Shown: one piece after another, positions 37,534-46,906 of the stretch
How positions within the stretch are numbered: position 1 is the stretch's first letter
Layout of the letters: every line of letters starts with the position of its first letter
From: Gemmatimonadaceae bacterium
GTDB lineage: Bacteria; Gemmatimonadota; Gemmatimonadetes; Gemmatimonadales; Gemmatimonadaceae
DNA: 64,000 bases
NCBI GenBank assembly: GCA_046599115.1
Contig: JBKJHG010000142.1
Coordinates: 7,853 to 71,852, forward strand
Direction of reading: 5' to 3'
The notes under the pieces: generated by a model
The model's input: only the letters and a program-made list of their open reading frames with translations
The model's database searches: none
Told to the model about the DNA's origin: nothing
Position numbers and translations under genes: made by a program

Positions 37534-37947
37534 TTACTGCTGGACTGGTCGTACCCGCGTGATGAAGTACTCGGTTTCGCCGAAACAGGACGTCGGAATG
37601 CCCCTGTGCTGGTCATAACTCAGCGATACACGCTTTCCGACGTTCCGATCGATCATCGCGGCGATGGAATCATTCCTTACCGTAAACCGGAAGATTTCCG
37701 GCATCGTGCCGGGTAGGTTGGCCATCGCGAGCTCTCCTTCCCACGTTTTACATAACCAACCCTTCTCCGAAAGCTTTTGGACGTAGCCCGCCCGCTCCCC
37801 ACTCGAGTACGTATAGCCGAGGGTGGCCCAGGACCAGAGCGAGAAGATGACGATCGGGACGAGAAGAACGATCACCGCCAGCGAGAGAACCATGTGCGAT
37901 CGTTTTCCGTGCGGCAGAGCAGCGGTTGCTTCGGTTTGTTCGGTCAT
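37534..37947 (-). CDS. conserved hypothetical membrane protein
   Basis: One TM helix then YSSGERAGYVQKLS.KGWLCKTWEGEL domain. Confidence 0.75.
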   Translation of the reverse strand: MTEQTEATAALPHGKRSHMVLSLAVIVLLVPIVIFSLWSWATLGYTYSSGERAGYVQKLSEKGWLCKTWEGELAMANLPGTMPEIFRFTVRNDSIAAMIDRNVGKRVSLSYDQHRGIPTSCFGETEYFITRVRPVQQ

Positions 37948-38031
37948 CGGATGATAAAAGTGTGTGGCGTGTGTCTCTGCATCGAATGCGCCGGGAATTA
38001 GCTTTCAGCTGCCCCTTACCGCAAGCGCTAT

Positions 38032-39261
38032 TTGACAGCTCCCGCAAGAAGAACAACTCCGTCGGTTTTTGTTGGAAGCGTCGCCGTCGGATCGCGTCAT
38101 CCGATAGTTGTACAATCGATGACGAACACGGACACGGCCGACGCGCCCGGAACGGCGACGCAAATCCTCGAGCTCGCCGCTGCCGGATCCGAGATCGTGA
38201 GAATAACCGTCAACACCGACGAGGCCGCGGCTGCGGTGCCGGAAATCGCGGCGCGGGTCGCCGACGCCGGAGTTGACGTTCCGATCGTAGGCGACTTCCA
38301 CTACAACGGTCATCTTCTCCTCGAGCGGCATCCGGACGCGGCGCGCGCACTTTCCAAATATCGCATCAACCCGGGCAACGTCGGCACGAAACGTCGCGAC
38401 GAAAACTTCAGAACCATCGTTGCTATCGCCGCGGAGAATGGAAAAGCCGTTCGGATCGGGGTCAACTGGGGCTCGCTCGACCAGGATCTGCTCACCCAGC
38501 TGATGGATGAGAATGCACGGAGCGGGGCAGGGCAGGACGCGAAGGATGTGTACGTGGAAGCAATGCTGCAGAGTGCGCTGCGATCCGCGTCGCTCGCCGA
38601 AGAAACAGGGTTGGCGCACGACCGCATCATTCTTTCGGCGAAGGTTTCCGGTGTGCGCGATCTCATTCGCGTGTACCGCGAGCTCGCGTCGCGGTGCGAC
38701 TATCCTCTCCACCTCGGGCTCACCGAAGCCGGGCTCGGCACGAAAGGCATCATCGCCAGCTCGGCAGCGCTCTCCGTTCTGCTTACGGAAGGAATCGGCG
38801 ATACGATAAGAGTTTCTCTCACACCGCGTCCGAATGGCGATCGCGCTGAAGAGGTGCGCGTCGCGCAGCAGATTCTTCAGTCGCTCGAGCTGCGCAGCTT
38901 CACCCCCCAGGTAACGGCATGTCCCGGCTGTGGAAGAACGACGTCCACCTTCTTTCAGCAGATGGCAGAGGACATTCAGAATTATCTGCGCGAGCAGATG
39001 CCGCAGTGGCAGTCGCGCTTCCCGGGAGTCGTGGAGATGAAGGTCGCGGTGATGGGATGCGTCGTCAACGGGCCTGGCGAGTCGAAGCACGCCAACATCG
39101 GAATTTCACTTCCCGGCACGTCCGAGGAGCCCAAGGCCCCGGTTTACATTGACGGCGCTCTCTCCGTCACGCTTAAGGGAGACACCATCGTTCCCGACTT
39201 TCTGCGCATACTCGACGAATATGTCGAGCGGAATTATTCGGGGACTGCGATCAGCGGCTAA
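38032..39261 (+). CDS. ispG: (E)-4-hydroxy-3-methylbut-2-enyl-diphosphate synthase
   Basis: [46 protein letters not shown]. Confidence 0.97.
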   Translation: MTAPARRTTPSVFVGSVAVGSRHPIVVQSMTNTDTADAPGTATQILELAAAGSEIVRITVNTDEAAAAVPEIAARVADAGVDVPIVGDFHYNGHLLLERHPDAARALSKYRINPGNVGTKRRDENFRTIVAIAAENGKAVRIGVNWGSLDQDLLTQLMDENARSGAGQDAKDVYVEAMLQSALRSASLAEETGLAHDRIILSAKVSGVRDLIRVYRELASRCDYPLHLGLTEAGLGTKGIIASSAALSVLLTEGIGDTIRVSLTPRPNGDRAEEVRVAQQILQSLELRSFTPQVTACPGCGRTTSTFFQQMAEDIQNYLREQMPQWQSRFPGVVEMKVAVMGCVVNGPGESKHANIGISLPGTSEEPKAPVYIDGALSVTLKGDTIVPDFLRILDEYVERNYSGTAISG

Positions 39262-39857
39262 GGCCGCGACTCGAGCTCAGCGGTAACCCGGCCAAGCTCT
39301 TCCATTATTGCGCCGGCGAACCCGACTTCCTTCAGCCGGTCATAGACTGCGCGATGCCAGGCAACGGTCACCGCGCGCCCGCCGCCGAATCTCCGCCAAA
39401 TGGACTCTGATTCGAACGTACGGTCGAGGTCGGAGATGATTGAGCTTGCGTTGTGCAGTTTGTCAGCCGCGCAGACCCACCGCGCGCTCTCGCTCGCGGA
39501 CCCAAGACGGTCGAGGTAATCCGATTTCTTGTCCGACGATGAAAGCTCGATTCCATCCTCATCCTGGCGCCGGTACGTCACGGCAAGCACGGTTTCCAGA
39601 ACGCCCGGACCGAACTTGTCTCCGATTCTTTGCTCGAGCATCGGCTGCGTGAAACCGTCTCGCACGCAATCCTCGACGACATTATGGAGAATCCCCGCGA
39701 CGACTGTCTGCTCGTCCCGCCCGTAATGGGTGAGAATCACCGCTACATTCGCCGGATGCGTCAGGTACGGGAGTTTCGTTCCCTTTCGCACCTGTTGATC
39801 GTGGTGCTTGGCCGCGAATGCAAACGCGTGATTTATTACGTCGGAGTATCCTGTCAT
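39258..39857 (-). CDS. small alarmone hydrolase-like HD domain protein (Mesh1/SpoT-HD-like)
   Basis: AAKHH..Q.RKG...[22 protein letters not shown]; start moved to MTGYS. Confidence 0.8.
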   Translation of the reverse strand: MTGYSDVINHAFAFAAKHHDQQVRKGTKLPYLTHPANVAVILTHYGRDEQTVVAGILHNVVEDCVRDGFTQPMLEQRIGDKFGPGVLETVLAVTYRRQDEDGIELSSSDKKSDYLDRLGSASESARWVCAADKLHNASSIISDLDRTFESESIWRRFGGGRAVTVAWHRAVYDRLKEVGFAGAIMEELGRVTAELESRP

Positions 39858-39864
39858 TCTCCGC

Positions 39865-40350
39865 TCACTTCCCACGAAACCATTGGACGATCTTTTCCAG
39901 TCCCGCTCTGTCGCCGTCGGAAAACGCGTTGGTGACATCGGCATCCACGTCCAGCACCGCGATGAGATCGCCATCGCTGTCCAGCACGGGAACGACGATC
40001 TCGGAGCGCGATCGCGCATCACAGGAAACGTGACCCGGGAACTTCGCGACATCATCCACGATCACCGTTTTTCTGTCGCGCGCGGCAGCTCCGCACACGC
40101 CGCGGCCGAATTCAATCTCGATACACCCCAGGCTTCCCTGATAGGGGCCAACCTGCAGCACTCCCGGCGTGACAACGCGATAGAACCCGGTCCAGAGAAA
40201 TCCGAGCGAGTGATGAATCAGCGCCGCGATCGTTGACATCCCGGCGACCTCGTCCGCCACTCCAGCAAGGATCGCGTCCGCGTCGCGCGCTATGATGGCG
40301 TACGCCTCTGCGCGGGGAAGGGATCTGAGATCCGGAATCGTTTCGCTCAT
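39865..40350 (-). CDS. msrC: GAF protein, free methionine-R-sulfoxide reductase-like
   Basis: WTGFY, GPYQG..GC, GRGVCG, FPGHVSCD.RSRSEIVVP, VLDVD. Confidence 0.85.
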   Translation of the reverse strand: MSETIPDLRSLPRAEAYAIIARDADAILAGVADEVAGMSTIAALIHHSLGFLWTGFYRVVTPGVLQVGPYQGSLGCIEIEFGRGVCGAAARDRKTVIVDDVAKFPGHVSCDARSRSEIVVPVLDSDGDLIAVLDVDADVTNAFSDGDRAGLEKIVQWFRGK

Positions 40351-42050
40351 GGCAAACCCGCGGAGGATCTGCGCGTCGCGGAAATGAGCTCATTTTTGTT
40401 CTCGAGATGCGGGAAGGGCGCATCCCAAAGAACAATCCCCTGAATTTTCATGTTCGTCCCACGCAGCGTCTCGGCGGCGCTCTTCAGCGTGCTCAATCGG
40501 GTCCGGCCGATGCGCGCCGTCAGCAACACCTCGGGAGAGGGAATCACGCTTGTCGCTGTACGCTGCACATAGCTAGTCGGCGCCGCGATGATGATGAAGT
40601 CGTAGCGCCTCTGGAGGCGCGCGAATTCCGTCTTCGCTCCCTCCGTCACGTGCGGTTCCAACATTCCCGCGCGCTTCGATCCGCTGGGGAGGACATCGAG
40701 CGGTCGATCGCGTCCGATGGTCGTAGGTTTGATCGCTTCCGCCCACGTGGCGCTTCCGGAAAGAATGCCGGAAAGTCCCGGATCCGGCGCCACCCGGAGC
40801 ACGGCGGCGACACTGCAGGTACTCGCATCAACGTCAACGAGGAGCGCGCTGCGGGCTTCGTACGCCGCCGATGCGGCAAGGTTGGATGCGATCGTCCCGA
40901 CTATCTCCGGTTCATCGCCGGTTACCGTGACTACGGGAAGTCCCGCGCCGACGGAGGCGATGTGCAGATAGAGGGTTCGATATGCCTCGGACACAACGTC
41001 GATCAGCGGCGGTGCGTCGGCATCAGCTTGTCTTCGTCCGCGCTCCACGACCGTCGCCGCCGGCCCGATGACGGTGAGGACGCGCTCGCCTGACACCTGT
41101 TCCGCTTCGCGAGAGTCTGCTATGTGGGGGTTCCGCAGCTCGGTCGCGAGCGAGGCGGCAAACCCAAGTGCAGCCGCGAGAACGAGCGCGGCTGCGAGCA
41201 TCGCCCACGGTGGCGCGCCGAGATTCGCCAGATCGCGCGCGTGTTCCATCTGTGCGTCCACTCGCAGATTCTGCGCGCGCACGCCAATGACCTGCGTGCT
41301 CTCTCCCTGATACACCGCGACTGCCGCCGCCCGATCATTCAAATAACGAAGCGTGTCCACAAAAATCATTACCGGCTGCGCTGCAGGTGGCGGACGGATT
41401 GCGCTCAGCTCGGCGCGCAAGCGGTCGCGCTTCGCGGACGCGATCGCCGAAATCGCCCTACCGACGGTAGATGCTTTGGCGCTGAGCGCGGCGTAGCCCG
41501 GGTCTGTCGCACCGACCGCCCCGTACGCTGCGCGGTCGCGCTCTACCGCCGCGAGCGAATCGAGGAGCTGAGGTACCTGCGGCTCGCCGGATATTAGCGA
41601 GCTTGCGGCAAGCGTTCTGTATGAGGATGGGAGCGGCGCTTCGTCGGCGCGCTGGATGAGTGCGTTGATCCTCGCGATGGCCGACGACAGGGTGTCTCGC
41701 CGCGCGATCATCGCCGGCGAAAATGTATCGGCGGCGGCAGACGGCGCTGGGCGCATCGCTCTTCGCGCGGACGCCAGCAGGGAATCATCGGCGACGATTT
41801 TTCTGCGCGCTGCCTCGCGGACGTTGACAGCTGGGGCGGAATCTTCTTTCGCCTCAACCTTTGCCGCGACAACCTGTGCGCTCCGCGAAGCCTTCCGAGG
41901 AACCAACACGAAAGCGATGATCGCAAATACGAACACCGCTGTAGCCACTCCGCCCAGAACGGAAACGCGGCGGAGCGCGTTCTTGGCTCTTGCCGAGACC
42001 CAGAGGTAAGTCGCGCCCCCGGCCAACCGCGAATTCGCGCGAATCGCCAT
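40347..42050 (-). CDS. Wzc/CapB-like membrane protein with degenerate tyrosine-kinase domain
   Basis: Two TM helices around a coiled region; SEAYRTL, ASNLA, LLVDVD, GLSGIL, LDVLPSG, YDFIII. Confidence 0.7.
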   Translation of the reverse strand: MAIRANSRLAGGATYLWVSARAKNALRRVSVLGGVATAVFVFAIIAFVLVPRKASRSAQVVAAKVEAKEDSAPAVNVREAARRKIVADDSLLASARRAMRPAPSAAADTFSPAMIARRDTLSSAIARINALIQRADEAPLPSSYRTLAASSLISGEPQVPQLLDSLAAVERDRAAYGAVGATDPGYAALSAKASTVGRAISAIASAKRDRLRAELSAIRPPPAAQPVMIFVDTLRYLNDRAAAVAVYQGESTQVIGVRAQNLRVDAQMEHARDLANLGAPPWAMLAAALVLAAALGFAASLATELRNPHIADSREAEQVSGERVLTVIGPAATVVERGRRQADADAPPLIDVVSEAYRTLYLHIASVGAGLPVVTVTGDEPEIVGTIASNLAASAAYEARSALLVDVDASTCSVAAVLRVAPDPGLSGILSGSATWAEAIKPTTIGRDRPLDVLPSGSKRAGMLEPHVTEGAKTEFARLQRRYDFIIIAAPTSYVQRTATSVIPSPEVLLTARIGRTRLSTLKSAAETLRGTNMKIQGIVLWDAPFPHLENKNELISATRRSSAGLP

Positions 42051-42148
42051 TTCAGCTCGCTCCGGTCGTGGGCTGCGCGGGGAATTCCGGTAGTGCTCTA
42101 TGGCTCATCTGAAACGAAAAGTAAGCGCTTTCAGATCCTTCAGAGCGG

Positions 42149-42186
42149 AAAACAGAACGGCGGAAGCACACGCTTCCGCCGTTCTG
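42149..42186 (-). terminator. rho-independent terminator after the blue copper gene
   Basis: CAGAACGGCGGAAGC / GCTTCCGCCGTTCTG 15-bp stem, TTTT on minus strand. Confidence 0.85.
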
Positions 42187-42203
42187 CAGGACGTTGCCAG
42201 GAA

Positions 42204-42728
42204 CTACTGGACCGTAACCTTTCCAGTCATTCCCATCATCTTGTGCGGCAGGCAGAAGAAATCGTACGTGCCCGGCTTGATGCCGGCGAACGATATCGTG
42301 ATTGCGTCGCCTGCGGTGACCGCGGTCAGCTTGCTGGCGAGATCGCCGTTCGGATCCTTATCGGCGCCGAAATTGGCGTTGAGCTGCGCCTTCACGTCAG
42401 CAGGAACTGTGGCGGCGTCAAACGAAACGTTGTGCGGTCCGCCGCCCTCGTTTTCGAACTTGATGCCGTCGCCCTCCTTGATCGTGATCGTGCTCGGCTC
42501 AAAGCGGAAACCCTTCGCATCGCCGATCATCTTGACCTCGTGCATGGTTCCGGTGACCGGAGCCATCGTCCCAGCCGGCGCGGTCGCCGCCGCGGTCGTT
42601 GTGGCTGCCGTCGTTGCAGCGGAAGTATCGACCTTAACGGCGGTCGTATCAGCCGGGTTCTTGTCACCGCCGGCGCAAGCGCCGAGGGCAATAATTCCGA
42701 GCGAAATCAGTGTTCCTTTGAAACGCAT
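42204..42728 (-). CDS. plastocyanin/azurin-family blue copper lipoprotein
   Basis: LGAC lipobox, T/A-rich linker, PHNV and C-x-P-H-x4-M (CLPHKMMGM) type-1 Cu ligands. Confidence 0.92.
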   Translation of the reverse strand: MRFKGTLISLGIIALGACAGGDKNPADTTAVKVDTSAATTAATTTAAATAPAGTMAPVTGTMHEVKMIGDAKGFRFEPSTITIKEGDGIKFENEGGGPHNVSFDAATVPADVKAQLNANFGADKDPNGDLASKLTAVTAGDAITISFAGIKPGTYDFFCLPHKMMGMTGKVTVQ

Positions 42729-42792
42729 TCAGGGCCTCCTAGTAGCCTTACAAATTGCGTGGATTGCATTAACCGCGGCATCTAGCCGGGTA

Positions 42793-42810
42793 TTGTGAAT
42801 TTATTCACAA
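42793..42810. promoter_or_regulatory. Rex-type operator
   Basis: TTGTGAA-TTTA-TTCACAA is an exact match to TTGTGAAnnnnTTCACAA, 64 nt upstream of the start. Confidence 0.75.
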
Positions 42811-42892
42811 GGGTTTTCAGGCGCAACGAGCCGGAGCCCAATACCCCTTCACAATAGGTATGCATAATTCGCGCACAGACCCTCTTGCAGGC

Positions 42893-44155
42893 TCAAAAAA
42901 GGGCGATCGTCCCGGCTTTCAGCTTTGATGGATCGCCTACGTAGGCAAACCGCAGCCCCTTCATATAGGTATGGACTACCCGCTGTATGTCCTCCGGCGT
43001 GACACGGCGCAGGTCCGCGACGAACCTGTCCCCAGCCCGGAAATCCCCCTGATAGAGTTGAGCCCTGGCGATGAAGTCAGCCTGGGCTGCGTTAGTCTCA
43101 TTGTCCAGAAAGTACTCGGTGATGAACTGCTGCTCGAGTTGCTCCAGGCCGCCACGATCGAGCAGTCCGGTTTCGAGATCGGCGATGGCGGCCCGCATCA
43201 GCCGCAGCGTCGTGTCGGGTGCTACTGTTGACACGTAAAGGCCGCCCGCCGTCGCAGCCCGGTCGAGAAACGGCGCGTGCACGTCATAGGTAAGGTTTTG
43301 TCTCGTCCTGATTTCGGCGAACATCCGGCCGGTCAGCACCGAAGTGGCGATGCGAAGCGTTTGGTAATCGCGACTGTCGGCAAGGGGACCGCTGTAGTAG
43401 CCGAGGATGTAATTCGTCGGCAGCGATCGCTTCTCGACCGCCAGTGCGGTGGGAAGCTCCGGCACACGAGGCGGCAGAGTCCACTGGTAGCTCCCGCGGG
43501 GAAGCGTTCCAAGGCTTTCTCGGACGAGCTTCTCGACGTGAGCACGATCTATGTCGCCGACAACTACGAGAACCATTCGCGATGTCACCATCTGCGAGCG
43601 GGAATAATTTCGAAGGGTCGCAGAATCAAACGCGCTGATCGATGCCTCCGTCCCACCGACCGGTGTGCTGTAGGGATGCCCGACGAACGCGATGCTGTCG
43701 GCGAGAAATTCCACCGATGCGTCGGGATCGTCGCGCCTCTGGCGAACCGCCGACAGGAACTGGTTCCGAACGAGATTTATTTCGCTCTTCGCCAGCGTCG
43801 GATGGCTGAGGCGATCGGCGAAAACGCTCCACGTGGAGTCAAACGCCTCTCGCGTCGAGCGGATGCCGAACACGGTCCAGTCGTGGCTCGGCTGGACTAC
43901 GATGTCGGTGCCGAGTTGAGCCATTGTTCGCCGTAGACGCTCCCGCGGATATTTCTGCGTTCCGCGCTCGGAGACGTCCAACAGAAATGGCTCGATTCCG
44001 GATGTCGTCGGTGTGACCTGACGTGTGCCGCCAAGCAGGTAGAGGTTCACAGCGACGACATCGTTCCCGCTTATCTGGCGAAGGATGACCTTTACGCCGG
44101 AGACGTCGAAGCTCGACGTAATTGTCGAGAGAGCAAGTGCGATTGAGAGCAGCAT
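42893..44155 (-). CDS. M16 family peptidase, non-catalytic subunit
   Basis: M16 fold lacking HxxEH; RMFAEIR.RQNLTY motif; paired with the adjacent gene. Confidence 0.85.
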   Translation of the reverse strand: MLLSIALALSTITSSFDVSGVKVILRQISGNDVVAVNLYLLGGTRQVTPTTSGIEPFLLDVSERGTQKYPRERLRRTMAQLGTDIVVQPSHDWTVFGIRSTREAFDSTWSVFADRLSHPTLAKSEINLVRNQFLSAVRQRRDDPDASVEFLADSIAFVGHPYSTPVGGTEASISAFDSATLRNYSRSQMVTSRMVLVVVGDIDRAHVEKLVRESLGTLPRGSYQWTLPPRVPELPTALAVEKRSLPTNYILGYYSGPLADSRDYQTLRIATSVLTGRMFAEIRTRQNLTYDVHAPFLDRAATAGGLYVSTVAPDTTLRLMRAAIADLETGLLDRGGLEQLEQQFITEYFLDNETNAAQADFIARAQLYQGDFRAGDRFVADLRRVTPEDIQRVVHTYMKGLRFAYVGDPSKLKAGTIALF

Positions 44156-44158
44156 TGA

Positions 44159-45553
44159 TTAGCGGTCCCCGCCGGAAACGAGATCGGCTTCGGTCAGCTT
44201 GATCGCAGCCCGTGCCTCGGGTGAGATGAGCACGCCGGTGACGTGGGGCCGCGCGACGATGTACCGGCGCGCGTATGCACGCTCGTCGGCAATCGACTGC
44301 GTCGCCATGTTGTCAACGTAGCCCATATAGTACTCGAGGCTCGCAACGCTCCACCAGAAACCGAGCGTGTGCGCGAAACCCGAAGAACGCTCTCGATCGA
44401 ACGCCGATGTGACGGCGCGGTGTGCTTTCTGCGCATCGAGTTCCGCCTGGCTGAAGTATCCCGGCTGGTCGAATTTCGCGATCTCCAATTCGAGCGCCTT
44501 CAGGGCGGCGCGAAGCTGCTCTGGAGAGGTTTGCCCGCTGATCGTGATCGGTCCGGTATGATTGAGCGTATAGTAGTTGACGCCAACAGCCTGCCAGAGC
44601 CCGGTGTCCACCAGGCGCTGCTGAAACTGCGACTGCGGATCGTTCAGAACGTCCGAGAAGACATCCGCGGCATAGGTGGAGGCCGGATCGCCGCCGACGC
44701 TCGGCCCCTGCCATTGCATCTGAATCGTGACTGCGTTTACCGGCCCCTCGACGACTACCCCTTGGCTCTTCCTGAGAGGAGGAATCGCGGGAATCGGATC
44801 AGCCGCAAAAGGATCGGCGCCTCGCTGCCACGAGCCAAGCTCCTGCTCGGCGAGCGTGAATACAACCGATGGTACGACATCTCCGGCGACGATGAGAGCG
44901 GAGTTGTTCGGCACGTAATACTTGTGCTGAATCGTTCTCATTTTTTCGGGCGTCGTAGTGAGAATTATCTTCCGATCGCCGATGATGTCCTTTCGGCTGA
45001 AGTTTCCGGGGTACAGCCGCGCATCCATCTCGCGCGAGAGCGCGAAGAACGGATTCGATTCGTTGCGGTCGTACTCCCCGATTACGACTTGGCGCTCGTG
45101 CTCGAGTTCGTCTTGTCGGAACAGCGGCTCGCGCAGTGCGGCGGCCAGAAGCCGGATGGCGGCGCCGGCGCTATCCGCCGGCACGGTCATATAGTAGTTG
45201 ACGCGCTCTTCTGCGGTCGTGCCGTTGAAGACTGCCCCAAGATCGGATGCCTTGTCCCAGAACTCCGACACGCCGGGATATTTCGCGTCGGCACGAAAGA
45301 ACATGTGCTCGTACATATGGGCCAGTCCTTCGTACTCCGGGGTCTGGGTGAACGATCCGTTCTTCACGTCCACTTCCACCGTCGCGAGCGGAACGCCGTG
45401 ATTCTCGACGACGATAATCTCGAGCCCGTTGGCGAGAACCCTTCGCTGAATGACCTTCTGAAGCTCGGCTCGCTGCGCCCCCGCTACCGATGGGGCGGCG
45501 AAGGCGAGAATTAGGAGCGCGCTGAGGAGCCGAGTATTTTTCCGGTTGACCAT
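44159..45553 (-). CDS. M16 family zinc peptidase, catalytic subunit
   Basis: LANGL, GLAHMYEHMFF, ERQVVIGE, YYVPNN. Confidence 0.92.
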   Translation of the reverse strand: MVNRKNTRLLSALLILAFAAPSVAGAQRAELQKVIQRRVLANGLEIIVVENHGVPLATVEVDVKNGSFTQTPEYEGLAHMYEHMFFRADAKYPGVSEFWDKASDLGAVFNGTTAEERVNYYMTVPADSAGAAIRLLAAALREPLFRQDELEHERQVVIGEYDRNESNPFFALSREMDARLYPGNFSRKDIIGDRKIILTTTPEKMRTIQHKYYVPNNSALIVAGDVVPSVVFTLAEQELGSWQRGADPFAADPIPAIPPLRKSQGVVVEGPVNAVTIQMQWQGPSVGGDPASTYAADVFSDVLNDPQSQFQQRLVDTGLWQAVGVNYYTLNHTGPITISGQTSPEQLRAALKALELEIAKFDQPGYFSQAELDAQKAHRAVTSAFDRERSSGFAHTLGFWWSVASLEYYMGYVDNMATQSIADERAYARRYIVARPHVTGVLISPEARAAIKLTEADLVSGGDR

Positions 45554-46508
45554 GTCGAAATCCGATCCTAAGCAGAGAGAAGTTCACGATCAGCTTGCCC
45601 GTCACCTCGACAGCGACCGCATTCGGCTGAACGAGCCACTTGGGCAATACACCACGTTCCGCGTCGGCGGTCCAGCTGACTTCTTTTACGAATCAACCAG
45701 CGCTAATGACCTTGCAAGTGCTGTGACATCGGCCCGCGGGCTCGGGATCGATTATTTCGTCCTCGGGCTCGGCGCCAATATACTGATCGGTGACGGCGGG
45801 TTTCGCGGGATGGTGATAAGAAACACGGGCTCCGGATTTGACTTCTTTCCTGACGGTCGGCTGAGGGTCGAAAGCGGCGCGGTAATGGCGAAGCTGATCC
45901 CCCAAGCGGTGGAGAGGAACTGGTCCGGACTCGAGCACTACGTCGGCATTCCGAGCACAGTCGGCGGCGCCGTATGGCAGAATCTGCATTTTCTCTCTCC
46001 GGCTCCGGAACGGGAAAGAACGATGTTCATCGCCGAGGTTGTGGAGTCCTGCGAGCTGCTCGGCCTGAAAGGGGAACGCCGCAGAGTGACCGCCGATGAA
46101 ATGCAGTTCGGCTACGACACGAGCATCCTGCACAACGGTTCGGATGTCGCACTTGCCGTCAATTTCCAGCTCAACCCCGGCGACTCATCAGTGATGCATC
46201 GCGTGATGCAGGAGAATCTAAGCTGGCGGGGCGGAAAGCATCCGTGGCTGGAATACCATCCGAGCGCGGGGTCGATCTTCAAAAAGATCGAGGGTGTCGG
46301 CGCGGGTCGTCTCGTCGAGCAGGTCGGGCTGAAGGGATATCGGCTCGGCGGTGCCCAGATCTCGCACATTCACGCGAACATCATGGTGAATCTCGGCGGA
46401 GCGACGGCGAAAGATGTTCGCGATCTCATCAGCCTCGCGCAGTCAAGAGTAAAGGAACAGCTCGGGTACAGTCTCCACACTGAGATCGGATTCATCGGGG
46501 ATTTCTAG
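45552..46508 (+). CDS. murB: UDP-N-acetylenolpyruvoylglucosamine reductase
   Basis: YTTFRVGGPAD, LGLGANIL, GIPSTVGGA, PSAGSIFK, HAN, L..EI. Confidence 0.9.
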   Translation: MSKSDPKQREVHDQLARHLDSDRIRLNEPLGQYTTFRVGGPADFFYESTSANDLASAVTSARGLGIDYFVLGLGANILIGDGGFRGMVIRNTGSGFDFFPDGRLRVESGAVMAKLIPQAVERNWSGLEHYVGIPSTVGGAVWQNLHFLSPAPERERTMFIAEVVESCELLGLKGERRRVTADEMQFGYDTSILHNGSDVALAVNFQLNPGDSSVMHRVMQENLSWRGGKHPWLEYHPSAGSIFKKIEGVGAGRLVEQVGLKGYRLGGAQISHIHANIMVNLGGATAKDVRDLISLAQSRVKEQLGYSLHTEIGFIGDF

Positions 46509-46517
46509 AGATTCCGG

Positions 46518-46868
46518 TTAAATCAGCTCCAGCCAGCTGCGCCAGGTCTGCTCGTCCTCCCCGACGGTGAGCAGCCGGCCGTTGCGCACCAAGGGGAGCT
46601 TCAGCAGCATAGGCTCCTCACTCAGCTTTTGAATCCAGCGTTCCGGGGACAACATCGTGTACTGCAGTCCAAGTTCCAGAAAACGCCGTGAGCTCCGATC
46701 GAGCAACGCTTCGGCTCCGAATTTCTGCGCGAATCGCTGCAGCTCTCCAATCGAGGCTCCACGTACGGTGAGATCCACAAAGTGAGTTTTGATTCGGCGC
46801 TCGGCAAAAAACCTCAGCGCCTTTCTTGTATCGGCGCTCTTGTTTACGCCGAAGACTTGGACTTCCAC
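46518..46868 (-). CDS. ArsC/Spx/MgsR family protein
   Basis: VQVFG...SADTRKALRFF, P.LLKLPLV; start at GTG 46868. Confidence 0.8.
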   Translation of the reverse strand: MEVQVFGVNKSADTRKALRFFAERRIKTHFVDLTVRGASIGELQRFAQKFGAEALLDRSSRRFLELGLQYTMLSPERWIQKLSEEPMLLKLPLVRNGRLLTVGEDEQTWRSWLELI

Positions 46869-46906
46869 GGATAGATCCAGGTGACGGGTTGAATCGGCCG
46901 CGTGAA

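Noticed and set aside
39858-40055. N-terminal extension of the HD protein
   Set aside because: Overlaps the GAF gene in another frame; family motifs start at MTGYS
42793-42810. Palindrome as an ARG box
   Set aside because: TGAAT/ATTCA spacing is 2 nt, not 4; it matches the Rex consensus exactly
44243-45514. 423-aa + strand ORF
   Set aside because: Antisense shadow of the M16 peptidase
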